Source: Macrostomum lignano (Eukaryota). From it: a stretch of DNA of 64,000 nt. Positions 37,543 through 51,814 of this stretch are shown here, piece after piece. How positions within the stretch are numbered: position 1 is the first letter of the stretch; each line of letters begins with the position of its first letter. Where the stretch lies: NCBI GenBank assembly GCA_002269645.1, contig NIVC01000247.1, forward strand, positions 310,001 to 374,000, in the 5' to 3' direction. A program made the position numbers and the translations under genes. The notes beneath the pieces are model-generated. The model was not told the origin of the DNA. It saw only the letters and a list, made by a program, of their open reading frames with translations, and made no database searches.

Positions 37543-39039
37543 GCAATGTTCTTAATTAATATAATACTCGTGTAGGCGAGTCACTAAGCGGAAAACAGGC
37601 ACACAGAGCAATAGGGTGCATTGGCAGGCAGTAAAATGGAGATTTTAACCCCAGGGGCTGATAGTATTACGAGCTATACTTCGTATTCTTCTAAAATGTT
37701 CGACTTTGGAGTGCCTGGGGAGGGAATATTGAAGATATGGGGATATATATAGTATATACGAGTATTTTTGCTACGGGGAAATAGGAATCCCGCAATGAAT
37801 CACCTTTCATCATCAACATTATTATCATCGAATGCTATACTATATGACCTGTACGCCCTGGAGCCTGTAGGGTTATAAGCTATAAATATGCCTCGCATGG
37901 TGTAAGTCAGATTCACAAGACCTTGCTGCATGACTACAGAAGGCAGGTAGTGTTTGAGAGTCCAGAGGTTCAGGCCCAGGGTGTATTAGCCTATTAAACT
38001 TTGTTTAAATCAGATCGATATTAAATACCATATTGAATTAATGTACATTAAGTTTGTACAGTTATTTAGGCATAAGCCATGCACACACAGTATTTATATT
38101 AATATCTATTATAGCCTTGCTGGTAAAACAGTGTTTATCCTAGCAAGATAGCAGACCCCAGCTGTAAGCTGTAAACATACACAGCCTGGCAAACATCATC
38201 GGCTATGCATGGTAGATCTGCATTTTTCTGCGCTTCAATTTGGCTATAAACTTACAGCGGTCGCATTTGCACAGTGAGAAACTCGGCTTGGACGGATATA
38301 TGGAGATAGTGATGATTTATGGTGACTGAGATCTAGATCCCAGAGAAAGCCATGGGATAAGAGGGTGAGATAAAGTGTAAGATAACAAAAACTACAAGAT
38401 GGCTTACCTAGAAGTTCTTAGATAGAAGTTACAGAATTTATAATCACTCGAACTTCGAGTGTTATAGACAATTAACTACGAATTATAAGAGACCACTTTG
38501 AAAATTCCGAATTAATTAATTTGCTTAGCTTTCCAGACATTTAATTTTGTACCTTTTATATAGGAAACTTTTTAGTTGGCCAGCACTTGGGGGGGGGGTG
38601 GGTTGAGACGCTCATCAGAAAGTTTTTCAAACCGAGATAAAAATCAATTGATAACGGGCGTCGCGTCAATTTCCATAAGTTTTTTCTAAGTCATGGCTAA
38701 CACCCACCTACGCATGGAGCGGTGAAGCGAGCCCTTCAAAATGACAGCTTTATTGGTGAGATAATGAGATCAGTATAGGCAGTTACAAAATTTTGAAAAA
38801 AAGAACACTCTGGTCTGGGCATAAAAATTTTACCAAGTTTGGACAAGTATGAGAAGTGACACATTGCGATAATTTACTAGTATAAAGCCATCGTCGCCTT
38901 GCCCTTATCACAGAATTCTATAGTTAGACTATAGAACTGCAACACGAATTCCAGTGTGTCACTTTTGGGTAATAAAATTGTTGCAAAACTGCAGGTTAGT
39001 TAAAGCATACTAGTTAAAGCAATTAGTATCGGAGGGAGA

Positions 39040-39945
39040 TGGGGTTGAGGGAGATGAGGGGAAAGAGCGGACAGGGAGATAAGGTAGATGAGGGGAAAGA
39101 GTGGAGAGGGAGATAAGGGAGATGAGGGAGAGAGCGGAGGGAGATAAGGGAGATGAGGGAGAGAGCGGAGGGAAATGAGGGAGAGAGCGGAGAGGGAAAT
39201 GAGAGAGATGAGGGAAAGAGGGCACAAGGAAATGACGGAGATGAAGGAGAGAGCGGAAAGGGAGATGAGGGAGATGAGGGAGAGAGCGGAGAGGGATATG
39301 AGGGAGATGAGGGAGAGAGCGGAGAGGGAGATGAGGGAGAGAGCGGAGAGGGAGATGAGGGAGAGAGCGGAGAGGGAGATGAGGGAGATGAGGGAGAGAG
39401 CGGAGAGGGAGATGAGGGAGATGAGGGAGAGAGCGGAGAGGGAGATGAGGGAGATGAGGGAGAGAGCGGAGAGGGAGATGAGGGAGAGAGCGGAGAGGGA
39501 GATGAGGGAGAGAGCGGAGAGGGAGATGAGGGAGAGAGCGGAGAGGGAGATGAGGGAGAGAGCGGAGAGGGAGATGAGGGAGAGAGCGGAGAGGGAGATG
39601 AGGCAGAGAGCGGAGAGGGAGATGAGGGAGAGAGCGGAGAGGGAGATGAGGGAGAGAGCGGAGAGGGAGATGAGGGAGAGAGCGGAGAGGGAGATGAGGG
39701 AGAGAGCGGAGAGGGAGATGAGGGAGAGAGCGGAGAGGGAGATGAGGGAGAGAGCGGAGAGGGAGATGAGGCAGAGAGCGGAGAGGGAGATGAGATGAGA
39801 GCGGAGAGGGAGATGAGGGAGAGAGCGGAGAGGGAGATGAGGGAGAGAGCGGAGAGGGAGATGAGGGAGAGAGCGGAGAGGGAGATGAGGCAGAGAGCGG
39901 AGAGGGAGATGAGATGAGAGCGGAGAGGGAGATGAGGGGAGAAGG
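39040..39945. repeat. 24-bp purine repeat (gagagcggagagggagatgaggga)
   Basis: Direct inspection. Confidence 0.95.
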
Positions 39946-40894
39946 GGTTGAAAAGAAGCCCAATACGTGCTGTCCTTGCAGCACAACGCTACGTAATTGA
40001 AGCAAAGTTATTTGCAAAAGCCGAGAAGTCGAGAACAGAATGGAAGCGGAGACAGAAACCGGGAAACAACTTAAAAGCCAGTTTCTCTCACAGCAATATT
40101 AGTAGCAACTTTACAATGCGATTGGTAAAGGAGCAGATTTTGCAAAAACCCAAGCCGTTAACTACGAAGTTGCAGCATTAATTGATAATATTGAGCTCCT
40201 CCTCAGGTTCCTGTGCCTACCACAGCTTCTGTTCATAATTTGGCTATATCTTTTTGCAAAGAGATAGTAAGAATAAGAATAGACAAAGAATTAAATAGCG
40301 CATTTTAGACTGCGCGTGACTGCGTGCTAACTAACCGAGTATGTTTTTCTGCTTCTAAAAGAAAGAAAGACTGTATATGGCCCCATGGAGTTTGTTGCTT
40401 GAAGAAAATATTATTTTAGGATTGGAGTTTATTGCAGATTGCGTACCTACCTACCTATGTTGATGAAAAAGCATTATATTTAAACCACCGATATGTAGCG
40501 AAAACAACTATTTTAATGAGGAAAAGTAACGCTTTCTAAGAAACAGATTCGTCTTGTAATTTTAAAGCTTACCATTCTGAAAAGCAAAATTTTGAAAGCT
40601 GAACCAGTTGAATGTCTGTTTAACTATTAGTTAGATGTGGTCAAAGTTGCTAAAATAAACTCAGACAGCATCGAACTCTTATTAAGTCTTATTTAATACA
40701 ATTCGAAATTCTCGTCTCATTTCATTTTTAGCTTGCTGCGTAGATTCTTAACTGGCCAGGAAGTGGAAAAGTAAATTATTTATATGCCTCAAAAAAGTTC
40801 TAATAAGACTAAAATATTGGAAGATATTCATTCGTGCTATTATTAAAATAGAATTGAAAAGAATAACAAAAAATATTGAATTTGTTTTACTCAC

Positions 40895-41323
40895 CTGCGT
40901 CCCAGTTGGTATAGCCGAATTGCGTCGCATTGAAGTCATGGAGTTGAACAGGAAATTGGCGTACAGCCTGTGATAGTAGGATGCAGATGAGGCGCTGGGA
41001 GAAGCTGGAGACTGGGCTAAACAATAGGCTTGAGAGTTTACGGCTTCTGTTCGGTTGTGCATGCTGTAGAAGCGATTGAGTTGCTGCTGCTGGCTGCTTT
41101 CGGCGACTGTTGTTGGTGCAATTGCTGCTGCTGCTGCTGTGCAACAAAGTCTAATCGCTTCTGTAAGAAAGCAACCGGCGATTGCATCTTTAGAATTTCT
41201 GCTGGGCCAGCTGCTTTTTAAAGTGTTGCTTTGCTCTCTTTTGAAGACAGGCACGGGATTTTCTATTCTTTTGATGGAGCCAAAGAAGGATTTCGATTTT
41301 TTTCTGGGCTTCAAAAGCCCCAC
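40895..41323 (-). CDS. Candidate first coding exon of the GAS2-like gene
   Basis: Open frame ending PTGTQ|GTGAGT (phase 0), compatible with the phase-0 acceptor at 34363. The shortest version starts at ATG 40939 (MTSMRRNSAIPTGTQ). Linkage is inferred from phase only. Confidence 0.35.
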
Positions 41324-43254
41324 TTCTTTGTCTGTGACTGCGACTGCGGCACTTTAGTGGGCCACTTCTCAAGCAGCAATCAAGCTCTTTAGGATCAAGA
41401 AATACAAAATCTGACTGAACAGAACGGAACCCAATCAGTGTAAGTGTTCCACGTTTCTCGTGAGGCCGTGAGCCTCCTCTGCGCTTCTTTTTCAATCCAG
41501 AGTGTAGAAAACAGTTACGACAGTTCAATTTGAACAAGTCAATGAGAGAATCTTCTTTGTATTTTAAGTCTGAACTGCAGGGGGTTTGTTGGGGGTGGTG
41601 GTTGTGCTGGCTTGCCTTGTGCTTGTGGCCCGCGGTTGGTTATGAGAGAGGATGGACTGGGGCTAGGGGGGGGAGGGGCTGGACTGGCATATGGCATCGT
41701 ACATTAAGAATTATACTACGACCCATAATATAATAGTATAGTATGGACTATATATAGTAAAACTTTGCGACCATTAAAAAGCGTCGGGGGCAAGAACACC
41801 ACCAATCTCGCGCAACCCCCCCCCCAATTTAGCGGGGGGCCGGGCCTTCCATATAGTTCAGTTTAAACCTTATCACAAACACCCACCCCTCCTTCACCCA
41901 TCCCCCTTCCTTGGGCTTGAGGCCCCACCAATTTAATGATCAAGAGAGGAACAGGGGGGGGGGGGCTGGTCTCAGACAGAACATTATACGGTGAAACTGA
42001 CTTAGTGAAAATTATTCAAATGTACGAAATGGCAATCGAATAACGGGGGGGGGGTTTGGATCCACTGGAGGGAATGGAGAATAAGTACGATTGTCGGTTT
42101 TGTAATTAAAATCAACTTTCCTATTAGACATCCCTTAACATCCCTTATGTACAATACACAGTAAATATGACAATGTCAATAAATACGACTTATGACATAT
42201 AAGTAGTAAATAAGTACGGAACAGGTATAATAAAACAGACAACGCAGTATTAGCAATTTATCGTGAACATTATCATAAGTAATAAATTAGCTTATCAAAC
42301 TATTTGATGCGATTTACTGTCTATGCTACTGCAAGTAGAAAAAGTGGCTGCTGAAAATACTACGTAAATTATATCCAACTGCAATACAATGTTTACAACG
42401 ATGTCAATAGGCACTTTTGATTCCAATTCCATTTAAATTCCGAATTCAAAAACATCTGGATAATCGCAAAAAATGAAGATAAAGAATAATTTCTTCTTCA
42501 AAAGTTGAATAATTTTTTTTCAAGCAAATACAACTTACATTTATAGCAATCAATACGAATCTTCCAACTTGCAAAGCCAATTTAAAAGTTTCGAGCTGCA
42601 GAAATTAAATCGAAATTGAAACACTCGAACTCAAATTCTGTGACTGATTTAAAAAGTCTGCGGTTCCATGCAGTCAGGTCTAACTGTCTCGATTTTGCAT
42701 AATTCAAATAGACATGCCGTCAGCCCACGTGTATAGCAGATTTTTACGCGCGAGTCAAAATCAATGAATGAATTGAATTGGTTTATATACCAAACTGGCC
42801 TCGCCAACGGACTTGGATGAGTCATGCTTGCGCCGTGGGGTCACTTCAAATGCGCTCAAGCAACTGTTCTATTGGGAAAGCAATTTTTTTTTCTTCTCTT
42901 ACTCTTCAGACTGTGCTGGGATCTTCCGGGGTGCAGGAGCCATGGGATCTGCTGCAGTGTCTGCACGCTATTGCATGTTGCCAGTAACCATATTCCCTAG
43001 AGAATAGTTACCTTCCCTGCTCTCCAGCTCTTCATAAGTAATTTCGCTCCACAAAAGCTGTTGCGCAACATGCAGGGGGCAACTGTTGAAAGACTGGGAC
43101 AGTCCCCGCGTGAGCACTGCAACGAATTTAGCCGCCTCGCCTTTCGAGAAATCCTTGCACACACAGAAGAAACAAAGATTTCAGGAGTGATAAATTGGAT
43201 TTCAAATGCCATAAATGCGATGAAGTGAGTTTCAGAGGTTAAAAAAAGAGTTAC

Positions 43255-44300
43255 GAGCGACTTTACGAACGACTTTTTTAAAGTTTTAAAGTTTAAATGA
43301 GCAAAAAAGTTTTATAAAGTTTTTATGAGCAAAAAAGTTGGTTTTATGAGCAACAAGATAAATGGGTTTATGAGCAACAAGATGTGGGTTTTATTAGCAA
43401 CAAGATGTGGGTTTTATGAGTGACAAGATATGGGTTTTTATGAGCAATGAGATATGGGTTTTATGAGCGACAAGATGTGGGTTTTATGAGTGACAAGGTG
43501 GGTTTATGAGCGACAGGATGGTTTTATGAGCAACAAGATGGGTTTTATGAGCAACAAGATGGGTTTTATGAGCAACAATATGGGCTTTATTAGCAACAAG
43601 ATGTGGGTTTTATGAGTGACGAGATATGGGTTTTTATGAGCAATGAGATATGGGTTTTATGAGCGACAAGATGTGGGTTTTATGAGTGACAAGGTGGGTT
43701 TATGAGCGACAGGATGGTTTTATGAGCAACAAGATGGGTTTTATGAGCAACAAGATGGGTTTTATGAGCAACAATATGGGCTTTATTAGCAACAAGATGT
43801 GGGTTTTATGAGTGACAAGATATGGGTTTTTATGAGCAATGAGATATGGGTTTTATGAGCGACAAGATGTGGGTTTTATGAGTGACAAGGTGGGTTTATG
43901 AGCGACAGGATGGTTTTATGAGCAACAAGATGGGTTTTATGAGCAACAAGATGGGTTTTATGAGCAACAATATGGGCTTTATTAGCAACAAGATGTGGGT
44001 TTTATGAGTGACAAGATATGGGTTTTTATGAGCAATGAGATATGGGTTTTATGAGCGACAAGATGTGGGTTTTATGAGTGACAAGATGGGTTTATGAGCA
44101 ACAAGATATAGGTTTTATGAGCAAAAAAGTTGGTTTTATGAGCAACAAGATGGATTTTATGAGCAACAAGATGGGTTTTATGAGCAACAAGATGGGTTTT
44201 ATGAGCAACAAGATGGGTTTATGAGCAACAAGATATGAGTTTTATGAGCGACAAGATGGGTTTTATAAACGACAAGGTGGGTGTCAGGAGCGACAAGGTG
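43255..44300. repeat. About 21-bp repeat (gggttttatgagcaacaagat) with about 197-bp higher-order units
   Basis: The block of variant monomers recurs at about 43386, 43583, 43780 and 43975. Confidence 0.9.
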
Positions 44301-44869
44301 GGTTTCTGGAGAGACATGATGGGTTTCAGGAGCGCTTTTAAATCAAACCTAGAACCTCTACCTGTAACGACAGTGGTTGTGTGACTGCAAAAGAAACTCA
44401 ATGAGTTTCTCCCCTATTGGGAATTTCAATAAACTGACAGAGCTCAAAAGTTGGTTTCTGTTTTGAATGCGCCGTATTCCCCTGCAGAAGCGATGACTCA
44501 TTGAGCAAATGTCCGTACTATTCCAACGTGAAGTCGATAATGGTCTACTGACTATGTCTGCTGCCAGTAGTCTTTGGGGGGTGGTGGTTAACAGGCCCTT
44601 CGGATTTCAAACTGTGTGAGTCATAACCGCTAAGAAAGTTCATTGTCTATACTGAGTTCTGAATAAGTTGCGCCTGCTATAGCCTTTTTTGAGCACTTTC
44701 ACACTCAGAATTCAAGTCTTTCGTCTCCCTTGAATTAGTTGTATTCAATAATATTCGACCATATTCACTAAGTCTTGAACAGTTGGAATTTCTGGAAGCT
44801 AAGAGGGATTAAAATGAAGTTTGCTTTTTTAATTTCAGATCAATTAAATCTCTTAAGGGCCATGAGGGA

Positions 44870-45600
44870 TCGGTTTCGGATTAGGGATCTATTTGGGATT
44901 TGGGATCTATTTTGGATTAGGGATCTACATGTATTTGCTATTATGGATCTATTTGGGATTAGGGATCCACATTTATTTGGGATTAGGAATCTATTTAGGA
45001 TTAGGGATCTACATGTATTTGGGATAATGGATCTATTTGGGATTAGGGATCTATTTAGGATGAGGGATCTACATGTATTTGCTATTATGGATCTATTTGG
45101 GATTAGGGATCCACATTTATTTGGGATTAGGAATCTATTTAGGATTAGGGATCTACATGTATTTGGGATAATGGATCTATTTGGGATTAGGGATCTATTT
45201 AGGATCAGGGATCTACATGTATTTGGGATAATGGATCTATTTGGGATTAGGGATCTATTTAGGATTAGGGATCTACATGTATTTGGGATAATGGATCTAT
45301 TTGGGATTAGGGATCTATTTAGGATCAGGGATCTACATGTATTTGGGATAATGGATCTATTTGGGATTAGGGATCTATTTAGGATTAGTGATCTACATGT
45401 ATTTGGGATTATGGATCTGTTTGGAATTCAGAAACTGGGATCTATTTGGGATAATGGATATGTTTAGAATTTGGGATTATGGGTGTATTTTTTGGGATTT
45501 GGGATCTATTTGGGATTATGGATGTGTGGGATCGGGGATCGATTTGGGATTTGGGATGTGTTGGGATCTGTGATCTATTTGGGATTAGGGATCTATTCAG
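44870..45600. repeat. 18-bp repeat (atctatttgggattaggg) with about 60-bp higher-order units
   Basis: Direct inspection. Confidence 0.9.
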
Positions 45601-48600
45601 ATGGATTAAAAATTAGTCTAGAAATTTTTGGATTTCAAGATTCGGGATCTATTTGGTATTCTGGATGTTATTGGAATTTGGGACTCGTAATTTACTCAAT
45701 ATGATCTGTAATCAGGATGAGAAACCTATTCAAGTGTTTAAAGGTTATTTTTAGAAATAAGCCAACGAAAGGAAGACATATCGGTTTTAATGCAATTCAA
45801 AGCTAAATTACATTATCATAATTTCGGTGATGCTAAACCGCAATAAATAATCGCGAGTGTAATATTTAAGAATTAGAGCAAGCCTATCCGAGTCCGGCCA
45901 TGACGTTGCAACCAGAGTGACTAGATATAGTAATCAGGAGATGATCGCCAAGCTCTAAAAACTGCGGTTTAAGTGTTCAGCAAGAGGGTCCAGATTTACA
46001 ATACAAGGAATCGAAAAAGCTGATAAAATCCTCGGAATAAAGAAAAAAATCAATGCAATATTCGCTATGCTTACTATCTAGTAGTATTTAGCGATTCGGT
46101 GCATTCAAACTGTGTGGGAGAGGAGAAATGACGCAAAAATCGATTTAATGTCAAAATCAGACAAGAGTTTTAGGCTCGAGAAAAAAAATTGGAAATGTCA
46201 CACTGGGTCTTCCAGTGCTGACAACTTGCACAAGTTATTAGTGTTTAAAATTGGCAGTTATCATGATTAACAATAATATGTATAATTTTAGAATCTAAAG
46301 TTCGACAAGAGTGCAATGGGTTAAGATTTGAGAGGGGATTGATCAGTTTGTCATGGATGCAACGCGCTGAGGAGCGGTAAAGTGTGTCGTGTCGACAGTA
46401 GACCACTATAATATGATAAATCAATCATAGTTTAAATGACAAATTTGCTCAAAATTTAATACTGAGATCAATCAATGGGTTGCCCAAGTAACGCAAAAAG
46501 TCTTAGAAATGAATTAAACTTCTTTGAGTAGTTTTGAGTCTGCTACAGTTTAATAACGACAACTAGGCGTGACAACACACACTTTTGGTAGATCTGCTAA
46601 CGCGGTTCTTGACAACAATCAGATTTGAAAAAAATGTTGTATTGAGAAATCATGCTCTTATTGAAAGTTGATTTATAGGAAATATACTTAATTTTGAAAC
46701 CCACCTTAAAGAGACGGACTTGCTCTAGAAGAAGACTTAGAGCAAAGTGATTGGGGCTGGGAAAATTAAGAATGAGGATAAATACGTCCAGAGGTCTCTT
46801 GTAAAAATACCTAAATACAAACGAGGGGGGTAAAAATGTGCTTCGCAAAGCGGCTGCAACCTCGCGTGACTACTGATTAGTAGGATAAATAGAGAGCTAT
46901 GCCGGAAAAGCGGACTTATAACAAAAATACTCGCAAAACAGAAGGAACTTGGAGGTTTGAGTATATGTTAGCAAGCGGTAGCATTTGTATCGTATTGAAG
47001 CAACTTATAATTGCATGAAGTGCTGCAAATTGGTACTTCTCTTTGCCAAGGGCTGATGTGTCTTTGTTTCAGTTTCGTAGTCAAGGCATAACAAGAGGCT
47101 TAAACAGTGGGAAAGAAAATACACAAAAGGTAAAACAAAAAAGCGGGAATCGTAGAGAAAAAATGAGTGATGGTCCGGCAGTTTGAGATTAAAAGGTCAA
47201 CATCTTGAGTTCCGAATATGCAGCGCAAACTATTTTGTTATAAAGAGCAAGCGATACTAAGTAATGTTGGTCCACCTGACAAATGTTCCGCATCATAAAT
47301 AATTCTATTTCTAAAACAATCCAAGTCATTATTGATCATTTTTTGACAGAAAATGGTCAGATTTAAGTGGCGAAGTCAGGTAAAAAACGAGTCAGTTTGC
47401 ATTGGTAAACGCTAGCAAGTCGACCTCGGGGCGACGGTGTTAAAAGAGTTTTCATTCAGTACTTTTTGCAGCGTCTGACTTCGGCTTCAAAATCTGTTGA
47501 TCTGCAATGAAAATCGATGCAAAGTGACAGTAAAAGCTTGCAAGTAATGATTTCAGGTTGCTTTTAGCCTATATTTTAGTTAACTTTCAAAGAACTCTTC
47601 TTTAAATTAGCAACGATCATCACAACGAACAGACCAAGTCAGTGCATAGGTCTGTGTTAAACACGAAATTCTTTCCGCTTTGAGCAACAGCTAAATTAGA
47701 AAGCAAGCAAATAATTAGTCATAACAGACGCGTTCAAGGACACTGCGCTGGATCTAAACTGTACAACAAACTTTATCTTGAAAGTGTGAACAAATTTAAA
47801 CAAAACCTTTCTTTGCTTTAGAATTCCTAATTGGATACAGTCTAGCTTGTGTTCCTACAATTGTTCCTGTTGGGAACTTAACCAGTATTGGCACGAGAAG
47901 TAAATGCAACGACACTTGAAAAGAAAATGTCATATTAAAAATGCTAAAACACTTTTTTGTTCTAAAATACGATTAAGCAGCCTTACAAAAACGTCCCACA
48001 AAACGTGAATAACGAATTCGAACATATGAAAGACGAGAATCTGATGTTAGTTTCAAGTGCTAACAATTAAAATTTGTTCGAAGATATTTTTGCGTTCAAA
48101 GATGAACTGCTGTCTTGTCAATATCTTGAATGAGCTTTTAAGACGTGGTCCGTGAGAAGAGAGCGGGTCCTGGATGTCTTGAGTATCTTAGTCAACGATA
48201 CACCCGTATTATCAATTAGGACAGAGAGTGACTGTCACATTTATTTGGACAAACAACGAGCAGAAAAAAATGATGAAAGATAAGATTTCATATTTTTACC
48301 AGGGGGGTCTGCAGGCTCGCAGTCGCTCACTGCGAGTTTGCTGCTCTCTCCAACAATTGATTGCTCAATGGAAAATAAATAATACTAATTGGTAGCACCG
48401 TGGAGGCTGCAGTGATTGGTGTACTTCTCAGGCCTGCATTAGAGGGTATTGTGCATTTAGGAAACGTTGATCAAGCTTATGTTTGCCAATCTCAACATGA
48501 GCTGGGCAATCTTGTTCAGTTGTTTGGGCCTGCAGAATCGCATAAAAAGTACCCTGCAGCACCATACGAGTCGTAAAACCCTAAAAATCCTCAGCAAAGT

Positions 48601-49057
48601 GAAATCCGAGAAACTAAAAAAGCCGCATTTGTCCTACTGCTAGATGCACAGGGCTAGATGTAGTTTTATGGACCTCATGCTTAAATAATAAATTGGATGG
48701 CAAGGTAGAGTGAAGGTAATAAGATCCGCACTAAACTATAATATTTATAAATTATGAATTAGGAATGGCTGCAAAACAAAAATGATTATTATTGAGCTTT
48801 TGCACTGCAAGCGGGCATTTAAACTTTTTGGAAATGAACGCTTAACTGCTATATAAGTCTGGACAAAACTTACCAACAAGAGAATTTGACTACGAGCTCG
48901 TACATAGATAAAGCAACTATATTTACCTACTTTCCAAACATAGTAACTAGCTACGAGAAAAGCTTTCAAGTCAGATAGAATGCCCTCCAAGGATTTAGCG
49001 TTAACCCGATTCACGTAAATCAACTTACGCGTCGAGAAGTGCAACTGAGTCCGTTCG

Positions 49058-49476
49058 TCAGTAGGGCCGGCCCTCGCCTTTAGGCCGTTTCAGCTGCACT
49101 TTGAGCCGCTTCATGCCAATCTGAAAGCCGTTCATGGCTTGAATGGCAGCCGCCGCGGCTGCCGAGTTGTCGAAGCTCACAAAGCCGAAGCACTTGCTCT
49201 GGTTGGTGGCGCGGTCGACGTACACCTTGGCGGAGATCACCGTGCCGAATGGAGCGAACATCTGGGCGAGCTCGCAGTCGCCGAACTCCTGCGGCAGATG
49301 GTAGATGAACAGGTTGCAGCCATCCGGCCCAGTCAGGATGAACTCCTTGGAGCCATCCTTGTGCTGCACAGGCATCGACATGGCCTGTTGCGTTAGCGAC
49401 ATGAAAGGAGCGGCTGCGTAGGCGGCAGCAGCGGCTGCGGCTGGATAAGTGGCCGTTGGATCGGCTGGATACGCAG
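49058..49476 (-). CDS. CELF4: CELF3-6, terminal RRM3 exon
   Basis: Phase-1 acceptor cctgcag|[57 protein letters not shown]...[22 protein letters not shown], diagnostic of CELF3-6/unc-75/bru-3. Confidence 0.95.
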
Positions 49477-50460
49477 CTGCAGGTTGTTTGGCAGGAGGTG
49501 GGAGACTGAGCATTCATCTGGGACATTTTTTGCTGTATAGAGATTTGTTAAGGTACTTTGCTGATTCTCCCCCCTCCTGACAGATTATCTAGAGGCCAAG
49601 AAATGCGAAATCCGAGATGCAAGTATTCAAACGTACACGTGCGAGCCACTCATAACCCGTCATTGCTGAGTAAAGGACTTATATGAATTCTTATTTAGCT
49701 GGCTACGGGAAAAATCGTCAGCAAGATGAAATAATTTAGCTAAGCGAAAACGAAATTAACGGCATATTGAGTTTAATATGACCGGATTTAATAACAGCAG
49801 CCTCGTGCCAGCTCGGCCAGGAAGGAAGGGGGATCTGGAAATCAATCAGAGCTTCGTCTAAGCGAAGAAGATTAGCAGTTGAGAGACCCTAGCGGAAGCC
49901 GAGCCAGCTGGGACCGCGAGTCCCCAAGGGATCTTTTGGATATGCTCCCCGGGTTTCAATGTCGATAAATTGCATTCGGTTAATGCTTGCCAATCCGAAC
50001 TGTTCATATTGCAGCCGAGTTATGAAATGCATAAACAGTATTACTTTCACCGGGGGGGGGTTAATAAAAGTAGATCCGGGCTCACTTTCCAATACTTTTC
50101 TGTTCGAACTCAAAAATGCTATGTACGGTTAGTCAAGACGTTTGGCCAGAATTACCCCCTTCAGGTAAAAAAGGACCTCTAGAACTTATTCCTAACTGGA
50201 AACGGCTGTAAAACTGCTGAGTATTCTCTAAAATCTTTCTTGCTGGAGTTGCTTTGATTACTTTTGTGGCACTAAAGAAAAATAAACGTCTTCTAGAAGC
50301 TCACCTATTCCAGAGTAAGGATGCACAGTCGAATACATTTGATGTAGCGGATCGGTTCCTGGAGAAAGTTTTTAAGTTTTGGTCGAATGTCCGTTACGGC
50401 TAGTTTTAAAAAATCATGGGCATCAATTCAAACGCAGGCAGAGGACAGCGCAGCGCTTAC

Positions 50461-50857
50461 CGGCTCCATTGATGTACTGAGCCGGCATGCCGCTCGTGGC
50501 CGCGTACAGAGCTGCAGCCGTGTCAGCAGAGGCAGCAGCCGCAGCAGCGGCAGCCGCGGCGGCTCCGTTCACAGCCGCTGCCGCAGCCGCAGCCGAAGAC
50601 AGAGGCTGTTGCTGCTGCAGGCCGCCAGCACCTGAGCTCACCGGACTCAGCACCGTAGCCTGCGCGGCCGAAGTCAGCGAGGTGTGACCTCCGCCGCATC
50701 CGCTGCCCGGATTCGCAACGGTGGAGTTCAGCGCTGGTGTGAGACCCCCCAAGCCGCCCGTCTGGGGGCCGGTGGCGCTTTGAAGTTGGATGGCCAGAGC
50801 GGCGACGGGGTTGATGTAGCCGGAGGACTGCTGGATGATTGGGGTTTGACAACATCG
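50461..50857 (-). CDS. CELF4: CELF3-6, divergent (Ala/Gln-rich) domain exon; acceptor uncertain (50857, 50830 or 50827)
   Basis: SGYINPVAALA motif and poly-Ala. Donor G|GTAAGC at 50460, phase 1. Three in-phase AG acceptors, including a NAGNAG. Confidence 0.75.
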
Positions 50858-51297
50858 CTGCATATGCAGGTGTTTTGGTTACCATAAATGTAGCGGGTTT
50901 CACACTGCTGCCCAGATTTATATTGTCACAAAGCGTGTTCTCTACTCTACCTGCAGCTCGTTACGATTGATCTCAGTTTCGCTATCCTGAGATCAGGTCG
51001 CTTTTCATCCTCTTATATCACTTCAAGGTTTATTTGTTGCGGAGAAGCATAGGGACAAACCGCATATCTTTAGCAGCTTGGGTAATCTTAGAGATCCTTC
51101 TCGTGAGATTTCAGCTCGTGAGAAACTCAATACCATTTTGAGGCCAATTACACACTGCGGAGTTGATGCGGCCACGCGCGGAATCAAACCTGAGACACAG
51201 ACTCATCACAGCCTTGTTCCTCATCACCTTATCCTACCTACGAGAGAGCCTTTCCATTTTTTAATGTGCCTATTTCAATTCATCTAACTGCACGCAC

Positions 51298-51453
51298 CTG
51301 AGGAAAGGGTGTGGCCACCGGGTTGAGCTGCCCGGCCACGCCCGCCAGTCCGGGCGAGATGAGGCCCAGCGGCCCCACCATCTGCTGCAGCTTGCGCAGC
51401 TGACGCTCCTTCTCGTTGTCGGCGAATTTCACCACAATGGAGCTGCTGGCACC
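51298..51453 (-). CDS. CELF4: CELF3-6, end of RRM2 / start of divergent domain
   Basis: [25 protein letters not shown]...TPFPQ|GTGCGT, 156 nt, phase 0-0. Confidence 0.9.
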
Positions 51454-51667
51454 CTGGCGTGAGGGGCGGTGGTGGGTGCGGATTAGCGTGCGAGTATCGC
51501 GGGAGCTTTGTATTAACTACGCTCGTAAAATGCTGTAGGACACACGTAATAATAATATAATAATTAATTACACCTGTCCCAATTTTGCTAGGTGTGCAAC
51601 TTGAAGGCTGCGTACGGCTGTTTAGTCCAGAATGTGGGGGTTCCACACACACCCTCAATTATCCAGC

Positions 51668-51814
51668 TAATGCTGGCACCCATTTTACAGCTGGGTGAAC
51701 TGAAACAATGCAGAGTTAAGTGTCTTGTTTGAGGAAAAAAATTGTTTCAGTGGGATCGGGAATCGAACCCCTGACCTTCAAGTCAAGATTCCAACGCTCT
51801 AATCACTAGGCTAC
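51668..51814 (-). mobile_element. tRNA-derived SINE, copy 1 (CELF intron)
   Basis: Minus strand: TAGCCTAGTGATTAGAG (A box), GGTTCGATTCCC (B box), then CTTAACTCTG...CACCCAGCTGTAAAATGGGTGCC. A homologous copy lies at 56699-56845. Confidence 0.75.

Noticed and set aside
41560-42120. G/C-run-rich stretch as a regulatory element
   Set aside because: No recognisable motif; the irregular homopolymer runs look like low-quality consensus sequence.
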